From: Chiloscyllium plagiosum
Lineage: Eukaryota
Reading direction: 5' to 3'
Assembly: GCF_004010195.1 (NCBI RefSeq)
Contig: NC_057754.1
Span: 10,641,239-10,705,238, forward strand
DNA length: 64,000 nucleotides
Shown here one piece after another: positions 11,432-24,805 of this stretch (positions are counted from its first letter, which is position 1; each line of letters opens with the position of its first letter). The notes beneath the pieces are model-generated. The model was not told the origin of the DNA. It made no database searches and was given only the letters and a program-made list of their open reading frames with translations. A program made the position numbers and the translations under genes.

Positions 11432-12359
11432 AATCTTGAAATTATCATAAACAGAGTGACTATTGGATTTGGATGTGGTTTTTTTTCTTCAGTCAACCTT
11501 TCAAACAGAATACAAAGTTAGAGACAGAGAAACAAGAAGAAGACACACAGGTTGTGAAACTGCACGAAATTAATCTTGTCATTTGTGGAGCTGACACAGA
11601 GGGAAACTGCTGGATTATCATTAACACTGAACTAGTTCATAAATGTCCTTGAGGGAAGGGGACTAGTCAATGTCTACACAAAATTATGGAAAGGTACAGA
11701 GGCATGAGAGTTGGCAGGGGTGGGATGCATTTTATAGATTTGCAACTCAGTCCTGTTCCTCTTTTCTTCCCATATCTTTCTAACCCTCTGAAGGACTAAG
11801 GAAAAGTGCAGAAGCAAAATGATGGAAATCGAAAATAAAAACAGAAGATGCTGGAGATACTCAGCAAGTCTTGCATCACCTGAAATGCTAACAGATGCAG
11901 GAACCATTGCAACGAGAAGAAACCTTTAGATGATCATACAAAACACCACCATATAGGTTACACGTTAAAAGTCAGAAAATGGGACTTGAGTGATAGGTGT
12001 TTGACGATCAGCATGGATACAATGGGTACATTGTGTTCTACAATTTTATATCAGAGTCTTGGACCCAATTTTGATCCCTGTTTCTCTGAGACTTTTTTTT
12101 AGTAAGCAGACAGGAGTGGCAAGCATTGGATCATTGAAATTAAACATTGGCCTTCACAGTGATAGGAGGAGAGTATGGTGTAGGGATATCCTTCTGTAAG
12201 GGCTACAGTGAGCACACACCTGGAATACCATGTGCACTTTTGTTCTCCTGTCCCTGGATGGATGCCCTGGCCATTGTGATAGTGCAAAGAGGGTTAACCA
12301 GATTGATTCCTGGGATGTCAGGATTGATGTATGAAGAGAGGCTCAATCCTCCTTTAATC

Positions 12360-13450
12360 CTTGACTCTGTCTTTCTGAGCTGCTGACTGCATCACTAACT
12401 AGCGTTCTACCTGCCAATTCCTGATCTGAATCTGACCAATTAAGGCCTGTACTTGGTTTCCAATCCCACTGCCACACTAGTTTTCAAACCTCACCAACTG
12501 AACTAGCAAATGCCCCCAAGAGGACACTTGTTGGAGCTTGTCCAGGCTTGCACAGGTCCCACCTTGCCCAGACACAGTCCCAATGCCTCAAAAATCTAAA
12601 TCTTTTATGGTACACCATTTCTCCAGCCACACATTTATCTGATCTATCCTCCTATTCCCGCTCTCACTAGCACGTGGCACTGGGAGTAATTCTGACATTA
12701 TTACATTTGAAGTCCTGCATTTTAATAAAGCTTCTCTCTTCTGATATTTATTTTCCAGGTCCTCATCCCTTTGTTTACCTGTGTAGTTGGTACCTGTGTG
12801 TTCCATGACCACTGCCTGTTCACCCTCCAGCTCCAGAATGTCCTACAGCAGCTTCAAGATATCCCTGATCCTGGCACCAGGGAGGTAACATACCATCCCG
12901 AATTCATGTCTGTGGTCACAGTAGTGCCTTTCTACACGCCTTGTCATTGAGATGCAGGGTTGTTTTGACGGGATACATTTTCCTCCCCTTTTGTGCAGCA
13001 GAACTACCTGTGATGCCATGAATTTCGCTGTTGCTGATTTTATTTGAGGCCACCCCCAATCAACACAACAGTACCCAAAGTGGTATATCTGTTTCAGAGG
13101 GAGATGACCGCTGGGGACTTCTGCACTTCATTTTACTTTGTCTGGTCACACATTCCTTTTCTGTGTAATTCTCACTTGCAGTGGGACTAACTCGTTATAG
13201 TTATTGTCCATGACATTCTCTGCAGAACAGATGCTGATATTGAGCCCACCCACAGCTCGAGCTCAGAAAAGCAGTTAGCCAGAAGCTGCAGGTGTACACA
13301 GTTCCTGCTCATATTCCCATCAGGGACATTGAAAACTTTCCTTAATTCTCACATTGAGGTGCGCATCAAGGGTCTGAGGTGTCCTATCATGACTTCTTTC
13401 TGAATTAAGCTAGTTATTCTCATTAAGAGAATTTAATTCAGCTATGGATC
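12360..13450 (-). mobile_element. Old CR1 ORF1 (esterase-like) remnant between the ZNF CDS and its promoter
   Basis: VIMSELLPVPRASESGNRRIDQINVWLEKWC (12588-12812) matches CR1 ORF1 SGNH-like segments elsewhere in the window. Confidence 0.7.
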
Positions 13451-14369
13451 TTCCTTTATTTCAAACAGTTCTGTTCTAATCAAAACCCCTACCTTTACAA
13501 AAGCTGATATGTTACACTTTAAAACAATAAGAAAACAGCCATTTACCAGTTGGCTGTGTCCATGAGGACCTTGTCATTTCTGAATTGAGACTGAGCACCA
13601 CACTCGATCTTTCAGCTTCAACTTCTCCCTGCCTCACCTGACACTCTGTTTCAAAGCACTCAACTCCAATGCACTCTCACCGAGTCAAGCAGCACTCACA
13701 GCGCAGCCCTGTCATTATAATCTGTCCTCAAACTTCTGGGCTGTTCGAATGCAGTTCAATGGGAGCTCAGAGAACAGCATCTCTTCTTTCAATTCAGCCC
13801 TTGTTAACACTGCAGACTCAACGTGACTTCCAGCAGGTTCGGCACCAACGTAGAGTTGTCAGGGTCTGGAGCACTACACCTGAAAGTATGCTGGAATTCG
13901 AGTCTATGTGGAATTTGAAAGGGATGTTTGCTGATAATTATAGGTTAAAATCGTGGTGGGTGACTGGGACGAAGCATGACAGTTCTTTCAAAAGTTGAGG
14001 TGGTATTTGTGCAAATCGGTGCCTCCGTGAGGCCAGAATCTCCTCCTTCAGCTGTAGGACCTAGAACTGAACACATAACCTGGGGTGATCTGACCACAAA
14101 TTTGAACATGTTGCTCCTTTTCAATTTCCAAACAGATCAGAATTACTTTTCCACAGATAGCAGAGACAAACCTTGTTATTTCCACAGTTAAGTGCCAGCG
14201 ATATTCATATCCTGCTGTCTGTCAGAACTTATTTTGAGAATCCCGGTCTGCAAACTATTCTCAATTGATATCCTGTAAAACGAATTCATAAAAGAAATAT
14301 CACTGTCAGTCCCGGATTAGAGATCTAAAGAGAAACATTTCTCTTGCTTTCAATTTGCTTTGTTGACGT

Positions 14370-14880
14370 TTCGCTTTGCCCCGCTCCGCCCCCCACCCTG
14401 GAGGAAGATTGCACATGCGCACTGCTGCACCTTGCCCCCAATAAAAATGGCCGCAGTAAGCCAGGGTCTATGACCGCCTGAGGCCCGCAGACGTTTTCCC
14501 GTTTGCTGCAAACGCGGGACCAACAGATTCTAATTCTGATCGAAGGGCCTAAACTGAGTGTTTCGAAAGGCTGCCAGTCCAGACTGAGTCCATTTTTCGC
14601 CCGCCGTCCGCTGCTTCCTCCGCTTTCTCGATTGAATCTCCCACACTCATTCGCCAGCGGCACATGGTCACGTGTAGTTGTGCTTGCACCGCCCTTCGTT
14701 CATTCCTATTGGTTGGAGGACCAGTCGTATCGCGTGTCTCGTTAGTCCCGCCTCCTCCCCTCCTAATGGTCGAGCAGTTGCCGTCAATCAGCCGGGCCCC
14801 ATTGCGAGGTGAGTGGCGGGATCCGCCCTCCCTCTGCTCTGGGGTGAGCTTCATTATTCACAGTGAATGGGGCAGCATCA
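14370..14880. promoter_or_regulatory. CpG-rich promoter, probably of the ZNF gene, possibly bidirectional
   Basis: Local CpG enrichment. GC boxes (ccccgctccgccc, cccgcctcc), NRF1-like tgcacatgcgca, YY1-like aaaatggccg, E-box gtcacgtg, CCAAT (attgg). Minus-strand acceptor ttttacag near 14273; plus-strand donor gag|gtgagt near 14809. Confidence 0.7.
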
Positions 14881-15439
14881 TAGAATACAGGGGACTGCTG
14901 GCCGTTCAGCCCACTGAGGCTGTGCTCGACAGTCGCTGCAAATCTATCCATCTCCTCTGAGCTTTGCCGTAAGGCTGCAAATCTTTCCTTGAATATCTTT
15001 TGAGTTTAACTGCTAAATCTGCATCCAGCTGACGTTCAGACTGTTCCAGATTCACGACATATTCACGTTTTCACTCTGCAATATTTGTTAGTTATTTGAA
15101 AGCTGTGTTCTGTGGATACCAAATATTGTGACAAGATTAATAATTTCTCTCTGCAAATGAAATACTCTGGAAGCAAATTTACACCTCCACTAAATTACAG
15201 CTTAACTTACTCCGCTCCAAGGAGAAAAGTCCGAGCTCTGCTACTTCTCCTAAAAACAGAAATCCATCTTTGCTGCTCAGACCAGTATTTCTTGTCCATT
15301 TTTATTTAACTTTATAGTTGTGGCAAAATGCCTTTTCGAAATGTGCATTGCATGTGTTGTAAGTACACCACAGTACTGTTTGGATGCTAATGTCCTCAGT
15401 GTCACATCCTCCCTATCACTGCAATTCACTCCAGTCTCA

Positions 15440-16625
15440 CAACAATTACAACATTTAAAAGACATCTGGTTGGGTACATGAATAGGAGGGATTTGGAGGG
15501 AAATGGGCCAACTACTGGCAAATGGGACTAGATTAATTTACGATATCTAGTTGGCATGGATGAGTTGCACTGAAAGGTCTATTTCTGTCCTGTACATCTC
15601 TTTGACTCTATAACCTTTCTATCTCTCAAATCTCGCCAGGCTCAGAACAAGATAAGTATAGTAAATTTGCAAATTACACCAAAATTGGTGGTGTAATGCA
15701 CAATGAAGAAGGTTATTTCCTACTACAACAGGACCTTGATCAAATGGGCCTGTGGGTCGGGTAATGGGAGACAGTGGCATACTGTGCTAGGGCAATAGTG
15801 TGCTGATCCTGCCTGGGGATGGGGTCTGACCAGTATATTCCCAGCATAGGATTTGGAAAGTCACATTGAGATTGTACAGAATGTTGGTGTGGCTTCTTCT
15901 GGAGTACTGTGTCCAGTTCTGGTCACCCTATTATAGGAAGGATAGGTTAGGTGAATTGGCCATACTAAATTGCCTGTAGTGATCAGGGATGTGTAGGTTA
16001 GGTGGACTGACCATGGGAAATGCAGAGTTGCAAGTATTGGGTAGGGCATTAAGTCTTGGTGTGAAGCTCTTTGGAAAGTCAGTGTGGACTTGTTGGGCCA
16101 AATGACCTATTTCCATACTGCAGTGAATAAATGGTTCAATGGTTATTAATCTGGAGAAGATTCAGAAGAGATTTAACAGGATGTTCCTCGTTATCAAAGT
16201 TTTGAGTTACATAAAGACAGGCCGGAACTCTTTTCATTGACATATGGGAGGTTGTGAAGTGACCTTATAGATGGTCCTAAATTCTGAAGAGAGATATATA
16301 CAGTTAATGGTTGGTGTCTTTTCCCTAGCATGGGGGATTTCAAGACTGGGGCATAATTTTAAGGTGAGAGGAGAGAGATTTACAAAAACTATATGAAGGG
16401 CACCTTTTAACACAGAGAATGATTCATGTGTGTAATGAACTTCGAACGGAAGTGATGGTTGTACCATTACAATGTTTAAAAAACGTTTGGATAAGTACAT
16501 GAATAGGAAAGCTTTGGAGGTATGTGGGCCAGGCACAGGGGGGTAGGGCTAGTTTAGTTTGGGATTATGGTCGGCATGGATTGGTTGGACCAAAGGATCT
16601 GTTTTCATGCTATATGACTCTACTC
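15440..16625 (+). mobile_element. CR1 3' fragments with an internal partial HE1 SINE (about 15940-16122)
   Basis: CR1 3' end motifs; SINE body ggtgaattggccatactaaattgcc. Confidence 0.75.
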
Positions 16626-17086
16626 TTCCTGGATCCCTTATGGTGGTACCTTTACTCACCATGCCCGTGGCGGTTTTAAATTGATCACCGGACCTTTCCA
16701 AACACTTGCACAACTACACTGGGGAAAACGTTAAAATGTGAGGATTTGGAGTTCCTCTGACTAAACCCAGTTGGAAATGAGAGTCTGTTCTGTGTCTAGA
16801 AGCTCAGAATCATTGGAGACAGTAACTGCAACACATCTCTTACACATTGCAAGATAAACTCACACAGGAGCTTTGTTATCAGTAAAGAGAGACAAGAAAG
16901 ACTGAAGTGTCATTTGGTCCCCTCAGTGTGACCCTGAAGGACGTGCCCAGGCTGATGTTCTGTGCTGCTGCATGACCCTCACCTCAGATTGTCCTTTTTG
17001 AGCTCCAGGTGGTATGAAATACACAGGGGAGAAATAGAACAATCTACAGTGACGTATTTGAAACAACGCTGATTTATTTGACATTT

Positions 17087-17292
17087 TGAGTGTGGTGCTG
17101 GAAAAACGCAGCAGGTCAGGCAGCATCCGAGGAGCAGGAGAATCGATGTTTCAGCCATAAGCCCTTCCAGATGGAGGGCTTATGCCCAAAACATCGATTC
17201 TCCTGCTCCTCAGATGCTGCCTGACCTGCTGTGCTTTTCCAGCATCATGCTCTCGACTCTGATCTCCAGCATCTGTAGTCCTCACTTTCTTC
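17087..17292. mobile_element. Palindromic Penelope-derived short element, 13-bp TSD
   Basis: TSD ttatttgacattt at 17074-17086 and 17293-17305. Inverted arms of about 80 bp meeting at degenerate hammerhead cores. Confidence 0.8.
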
Positions 17293-17649
17293 TTATTTGA
17301 CATTTCTCCAGGATATTAAATTCCAGTCCAACTTGCGAGATTATTAACATAATCAGAAACAAACTCAAATGGTCAGAAAAAAAACTGAAACTTATAACAT
17401 TGATTGAGGCCAGTTGGCCTATTGTGCTTTTGTTGGTTGCAATAGAGCAATCACGGCTGATCCTATTCTGCAGCTCTTAGTCTGGAGCCCTCTATGTTCT
17501 GGGTTTTCATGTCTACTGAGCCTTTTTCTTCAATGTGATGAAGGTTTCTGACTCTATCACCCTAGCAGGCAGAGCTCCAGTTCTTCACCATCTCTGGGTG
17601 AAATTATTTCACTCCTCCCTCTCTTCCTGTGAATTACAGAGTAATTGAT

Positions 17650-18180
17650 ATTGTCTGCAATTTTGGTCACCTTGTTATAGGAAGGATGTTATCAAACTGG
17701 AAAGAATGCAGAACAAATTTACAAGGATGTTGCTTGGATTCAATGTTCTGAGTTACGGGTAGAGATTGGACAAGCTAGGAGTTTTTTCTTTAGAGCGTAG
17801 GAGACTGAGAGGAGATCATATAGAAGAGCATAGGATCATGAGAGGCATGGATAAGATGAATGCACTCATTCTTTTTCCCAGGGTTGGGGAATTGAGGTGT
17901 AGAGGGCATCAGTTCAAGGTTACAGGGGAAAGAATAAAAGGGAACCTGAGGAGCAACTATTTTACACAGAGGGTGATATGCACTTGGAATGAGCTGTCAA
18001 CTGAAATGGTTGAGGTGGGTACATTAACAACATTTAAAAGGCATTTGGACAAATACATGGATAGGAAAGATTTAGAAGGATATGGGCCAAATGCAGGAAA
18101 ATGGGTTAGCATGGAAAGACATTTCGGTCAGCATGAACCAGTTTGACCCGAAGGACCTGTCTCTGTGCTGGAGAACTCTA
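17650..18180 (+). mobile_element. CR1 3' end
   Basis: LGVFSLERRRLRGD...WNELS ORF 17766-18146. Confidence 0.85.
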
Positions 18181-19089
18181 CTTTCAATTTAAAGCCTCCA
18201 GTTACTGATCTACCTGTTAATGAACGGATCTTTCCTATCCATTCTCTCTGGACTCTTCACAATTTTATCACTTTTAATTAAATCTCACCTTGGTCTCCTC
18301 TGTTTCACAGAAAACATCCCCAGCCTATCCAATCTTTTCTCACAGCTGCAATTCTCCATTCCTAGGAACACCCTAACCAATCTTCTCTGTATCCTCTCTG
18401 GTGTGATCACATCGATCCTGGAATGTGGGGACCAAAACCCATTAGTTTTGTTTAGTTGTGGTCAAACTAGTTTTCTGACAGTTCTAGAGTCACCTCCTTG
18501 TTCTTATAGTTGTCCCAGACACAACAAGTGTCCTGATTTTCCCACATGGAACTGGATATGTACTCCATGATATTGGGATAGACTACCATTTGAACTAAAC
18601 CAAAATAATATTCAGATTAAAATGAATAGAGATTCATCAGCTACTCACCAATCAACTTCCTCCATTATATAGAAGGTACCTTACTGTTTAGAGAGTTCAC
18701 AAAAGTATTTTTCTTAAGATCTTATTATCTAAATATGGCAGATTTTGGTTTGCTGAAAAATTTAGTTATCTTCATGATACAATCCCTTGTAGGTTAGCTT
18801 TATCTTCATCAGCTACGTTTTGTGAATTGAACACTGACTGTAATTCTGTTGGCCATGTTCCTGACTGTTTGAGTCATCCAAGACATCATGCAATCTGCAG
18901 CTTCCTTTCTCATGTCCACCACACGGCCAACTACTGTGATATCTGCAAATGTCTTCACCATGGCCACTAAATTGAAGTCTAAGTCCTTGATATCCACCAC
19001 AAAACTGCAGAACCCCATTGGAAATGGGCAGCCAGTAAGGTTTACTTCTGTTGGCAGTTAACAGCAGCAAAGAACACAGAACCGAAATG

Positions 19090-19240
19090 CTGCTCTCACA
19101 GGTGAATTTGCTGGTGTCTCAGTAGGTGGTGTGACTGAGAGAATCCTTTCCCGCACATGTACAGTCCATCCTCAGTGTGAATTTGTTGCTCTTTCAGCAG
19201 ATTCTGTTTGCTTTTAAACCCCTTGCAGTTAGAATCTTTT
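19090..19240 (-). pseudogene. Degenerate C2H2 ZNF remnant
   Basis: Minus strand encodes CKGFKSKQNLLKEQQIHTE and [22 protein letters not shown] fingers with deletions. Confidence 0.65.
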
Positions 19241-19304
19241 CTTACAGTTAGCATTTCTTCAGAGGCTGATGATGTTCAGGATTCTGATGAACTGAATGAC
19301 TCTG

Positions 19305-20055
19305 TCATAGAGATGTACAGCACAGAAACAGATCCTTCAGTCCAACTTGTCCATGCTGAGCAGATATCCCAATCTAATCTAGTCCCACCTGCCAGCACCT
19401 GGCCCATATCCTTCCAAACCCTTCCTATTCATATACCCATCAAGATGCCATTTAAATGTTGCAATTGTACCAGCCTCCACCACTTCACCTGGCAGCTCAT
19501 TCCAAACATGTACCACCCTCTGCATAACAAAACTTGCCCCTTAGGTCTCTTTAACATCTTTCCCCTCTCACCCTAAACTTATGCCCTCTAGTTCTGGACT
19601 CCCCCACCCCAGGGAAAAGACTTTGTCTATTTATCCTATCCATGCCCCTCATGATTTTATAAACCTCTATAAGGTCACCCCTCAGCCTCCGACGCTCCAG
19701 GGAAAACAGTCCGAGCCTATTCAACCTCTCCCTATAGCTCAAATCCTCCAACCCTGGCAACATCCCTGTAAAACCTTTCTGAACCCTTTCAAGATTCACA
19801 ACATCCTTCCGATAGGAGGGAGACCAGAGTTGCATGCAATTCCAAAAGTAGCCTAACCAATGCCCTGCAATATGACCTGCCAACTCCTGTACTCAATTCT
19901 CTGACCAATAAAGGAAATCATGCCAAATGCCTTCTTCACTATCCTACCTATCTGCGACTCTACTTTCAAGGAGCTACGAACCTGTACTTCAAGGTTTCTT
20001 TGTTCAGCAACACTCCCTAGGACCTTACCATGAAGTGTCTAAGTCCTGCTCTGAT
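19305..20055 (-). mobile_element. CR1 3' end
   Basis: ORF 19551-19883 WSPSYRKDVVNLERVQ...RRRLRGDLIEVYK. Confidence 0.9.
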
Positions 20056-20354
20056 TTACAGTCTTACAGCATGGAGACAGGCCCTTCAACCCAAAGTTGT
20101 CCAGAAATAAATATAGGGAAGATGGTGGGCCTAGGGGAAGGGTAGTTGGGATGGTGATAGGTGATGCAGACAGGAGGTTATTATGCTTGGTCAGTGGGAA
20201 GGGTAGAGCAGATTGGTGAATTGGAAGTTTGGCAGGTTAGAACAAGTCAAGAAGGTGAGGAGGTGGAGTGGGGCTACACATGGGATAAGGCTGGGGGAGG
20301 AGTGACTTTGAAGCTGGTGAAGTCAACTAAAATGTCCATCCATGCTAACCCCAT

Positions 20355-22380
20355 TCAACATAGAATGTACAACATAGAACAGTACAGCACAGTACTGGCC
20401 CTTCGGCCCTCAATGTTCTGCCGGTCTTCTATTTTACTCTAAGATCAGACTAACCTACAAACCCTTCGTTGTATTATCATCCATGTGCCTAACCAAGAGC
20501 TGCTCAAATGTCCCTAAGGTATCTGACTCTACCACCACTGCTGGCAATGTATTCGACACACCCACCACTCTCTGAGTTATGACCCTACCTCTGACATCTC
20601 CCCTAAAACTTCCTCTAACCTTAACATTATGCCACCTCGTGATAGACATTTGTGTCCTGGGAAAATGTCTCTGGCTATCCACTCTATCTATGCCTCTCAA
20701 CATCTTGTCTACTTCTATCAAGTCATCTCTCATCCATCTTCACTCCAATAAGAAAAGACCTAGCTCCCTCAACCTGTCTTCATACGTCATGCCCTCCAGT
20801 CCAGGCAGCATCCTGGTAAATCTCTGCATCCTCTCTAAAGCTTCCACGACTTTCCTGTAATGAGGTGACCAGAACTGAATACAATATTCCAAGTGTGGTC
20901 TAACTAGGACTCTATAGAGCTGCAGCATAACCTCGTGGCTCTTAAATTCAATCCCCCTGCTAATAAAAGCCAACACACCATACATCTTCTTAACAACCCT
21001 ATCAACCTGAGATGCAACTTTGAGGGATCTTTGGAGAGGGACCCTCAGATCCCTCTGTTCCTGCACACTGTCAAGAATCCTGCCTTTAACCCTGCATTCT
21101 GTATTCAAATTCAACCTTCTAAAGTGAATGACTTCACCCATTTTCAAGTTGAACTCCATCTGCACTTATCAGCCCAGTTCTGCATCCTGTCAATGTCTTG
21201 TTGCAACTTACAACAGCCCTCCACACAGTCCACAACTCCACCAACCTTTGTGTTATTGGCAAATGTACTAACCCAGCCTTCCACATCCTCATCCAAGTCA
21301 TCTATAAAAATCACAAAGGGCAGAGTTCCCAGAACAGATCCCTATGGAACACCACTGGTCACCAAGCTCCAGGCTGAATACTTTCCATCTACCACCACCC
21401 TGTCTTCTATTGGCCAGCCAATTCTGTGTCCAGACAGACAGGTTTCCTGATATCCCATGCCTCCTTACTTTCTGAATTAGCCTACCATGGACAACCTTAT
21501 CAAATGCCTTGCAAGACCAATATACACCACATCCACTGCTCTAGCTTCATCAACGTGTTTTGTCACAACCTCAAAGAATTCAATAAGGTTTGTGAGCTAT
21601 GATCTGTTCCTCACAAAGCCATGCTTACAATCTCCGATCAAATGATGGTTTTCCAAGTCATCATAATTCCTGTCTCTCAGAATCCTCTCTCATCTCTTGC
21701 ACTCCACAGGTGTAAGATTGACTGGTCTGTAATTCCCACGATTATCCCTATTCTCTTTCTTGAACAAGGGAATAACATTTACCACCCTCCAATCATCTGG
21801 TACTATTCCAGTGGACAGTGAAGAAGCAAAGATCATCGCCAAAGGCACAGCAATCTCTTCCCACGCTTCCTGCAGTAAACCTGGTTATATCCCTTCTGGC
21901 CCGGGGACTTACCTATCCTTAAGTTTTTCAAAATTTTCAGCAAATCTTCTTCCTAACATCAACCTGTTCCAGCATATCAGTCTGTTTCACGCGTCCTCAC
22001 AAATGTCAAGGTCCCTGTCAGTAGTGAATATTGAAGCAAAGTATTCATTAAGGACCTCCCCTATCACCTCTGACTCCAGGCACAAAGTTCCCTCCACTAT
22101 CCCTGATTGGCCCTCCCCTCACTCTGGCCATGTTCTTGTTCCTCACTAAGTGTAGAACCCCTTGAGATTTTCCTTAATCCTACCAGTCAAGGCTTTTTCA
22201 TGCCCCATTCTATTTCTCCTAAGTCCTTCCTGGCTACCTTGTAACCATCTAGAACTATGCCTGATCCTTGCCTCCTCAACCTTAAGTAAGCTTCCTTCTT
22301 CCTCTTCACTAGATATTCCACATTCCTTGTCACCCAAGGTTCTTACAACCTTTCTTGCCTCAGTGGGACAAATCTGTCCA
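20355..22380 (-). mobile_element. CR1 RT, 5'-truncated
   Basis: ORF fragments 20455-21165 and 22146-22337; aacatagaacagtacagc tail. Confidence 0.9.
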
Positions 22381-24735
22381 GTGAACTGAGAAATAAGAAA
22401 GGGATGATCACCTGATTGGGATTGTATTAGAGACCCCCTAATAGTCAGAGGGAAATTGAGAGAAAAATTTGTAAGGCGATCTCAATTATCTGTAGGAATA
22501 ATAGAGTGGTTATGGTTGGGGATATTAACTTTGCAAACATATACTGGGACTGCCATAGCATTAAGGGTTTAGATGGAGAGGAATTTGTTAAATGTGTACA
22601 AGAAAATTTTCTGATTGAATATGAGGATGAACCTACTAGAGAAGGTGCAAAACTTGACCTACTCTTGGGAAATAAGGCAGGGCAGGTGACTGAGGGGTCA
22701 GTGGGGGAGCATTTTGAGGCCAGCGACCATAATTCTATTCGTTTTAAAATAGTGATGGAAAATGATAGAGCAGCTCTAAAAGTTGAAGTTCTAAATTGAA
22801 GAAAGGCTAATTTTGATGGTAGTAGGCAAGAACATTCAAAAGCTGATCGGGGGCAGACGTTCGCAGGTAAAGGGACGGCTGGAAAATGGGAAGCCTTCAG
22901 AAATGAGATAACCAGATTTCAGAGACAATATATTCATGTGAGGGTGAATGGAAAGGCTGGTAGGTATAAGGAATGCTGGATGACTAAAGAAATTGAGGGT
23001 TTGCTTAAGAAAAAGAAGGAAGCATATGTAAGGTAGAGACAGGATAGATCAGGTGAATCCTTAGAAGAGTATAAAGGAAGTAGGAGTATACTTAAGAGGG
23101 AAATCAGGAGGGCAAAACGGGGACATGAGATAGCTTTGGCAAATAGAGTTAAGGAGAATCCACAGGGTTTTTACAATACATTAAGGACAAAAGGGTAACT
23201 AATGAGAGAATAGGACCCCTCAAATATCAGAAAGGTAGCCTTTGTGTGGAGACACAGGAGATGGGGGAGGTACTAAATGAGTATTTTGCATCAGTGTTTA
23301 CTGTGGAAAAGGACATGGACGATATTGAATGGAGGGAAATAGATGGTGACATCTTGCAAAATATCCACATTACAGAGGAGGAAGTGCTGGATGTCTTGAA
23401 ACACATAGAAGTGGATAAATCCTCAGGACCTGATCAGGTGTACCCTGGAACTCTGTGGGAAGCTAGGGAAGTGATTGCTGGGCCTCTTGCTGAGATGTTT
23501 GTATCATTGATAGTCACAGGTGAGGTGCCGGAAGACTGGAGGTTGGCTAATGTGGTGCCACTGATTAGGGAGGGTGGTAACGACCAGCCAGGGAACTATA
23601 GACCGGTGAGCCCGACGTTGGTGGTGGGCAAGTTGTTGTAGCGAATCCTGAGGGACAGAATGTACATGTATTTGGAAACGCAAAGACTGATTAGGGATAG
23701 TCAACATGGCTTTGTGCATGGGAAATCATTTCTCACAAACTTGATTGAGTTTTTGGAGAAGTAACGAAGGGAATAATGAGGGCAGAATGGTGGACGTGAT
23801 CTATATGGACTTCAGTAAGGCATTCAACAAGATTCCCCATGGGAAACTGTTTAGCAAGATTAGATTTCATGGAATACAAGGAGAACTAGCCATTTGAATA
23901 CAGAACTGGCTCAAAGGTAGAAAGCAGAGGGTGGTGATGGAGGGCTGTTTTTCAGACTGGAGGCCTGTGACCAGTGGTGTGCCACAAGGATCGGTGCTGG
24001 GTCCACTACTTTTCATCATTTACATAAATGATTTGGATGTGAGCATAAGAGGTACAGTTAGTAAGTTTGCAGATGACACCAAAATTGGTGAAGTAGGCGT
24101 TTGGTATGCTTCTCTTTATTGGTCAGAGAATTGAGTACAGGAGTTGGGAGGTCATGTTGCGGCTGTACAGGACATTGGTTAGGCCACTTTTGGAATATTG
24201 TGTGCAATTCTGGTCTCCTACATATCGGAAAGATGTTGTGAAACTTGAAAGGGTTCAGAAAAGATTTACAAGGATGTTGCCAGGATTGGAGGATTTGAGC
24301 TATAGGGAGTGGTTGAATAGGCTGGGGCTGTTTTCCCTGGAGCATCGGAGGCTGAGGGGTGACCTTATAGAGGTTTATAAAATCATGAGGGCATGGATAG
24401 GATAAATAGACAAAGTCTTTTCCCTGGGGTGGGGGAGTCCAGAGGGCATAAGTTTAGGGTGAGAGGGGAAAGATGTAAAAGAGACCTAAGGGGCAACCTT
24501 TTCACGCAGAGGGTGGTACGTGTATGGAATGAGCTGCCAGGTGAAGTGGTGGAGGCTGGTACAATTGTAACATTTAAATGGCAACTGGATGGGTATATGA
24601 ATAGGAAGGGTTTGGAAGGATATGGGCCAGGTGCTGGCAGGCAGGACTCGATTGGGTTTGAATATCTGGTCGGCATGGACAAGTTGGACCAAAGGGTCTG
24701 TTTCTGTGCTGTATATCTCTAGGACTCTATGACTA
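22381..24735 (+). mobile_element. CR1 ORF2 (EN C-terminus, RT, 3' end) with an internal deletion near 24094
   Basis: [41 protein letters not shown]. Confidence 0.9.
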
Positions 24736-24805
24736 TCAGCAGATGCTTCCTAAACAACCTCCACATTTCTGTTGTGCATTTCCCTGCAAAAACCTGTACC
24801 CATAG

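Noticed and set aside
14325..14960. Overlapping short ORFs at the promoter
   Set aside because: Expected in GC-rich sequence, with no domain similarity.
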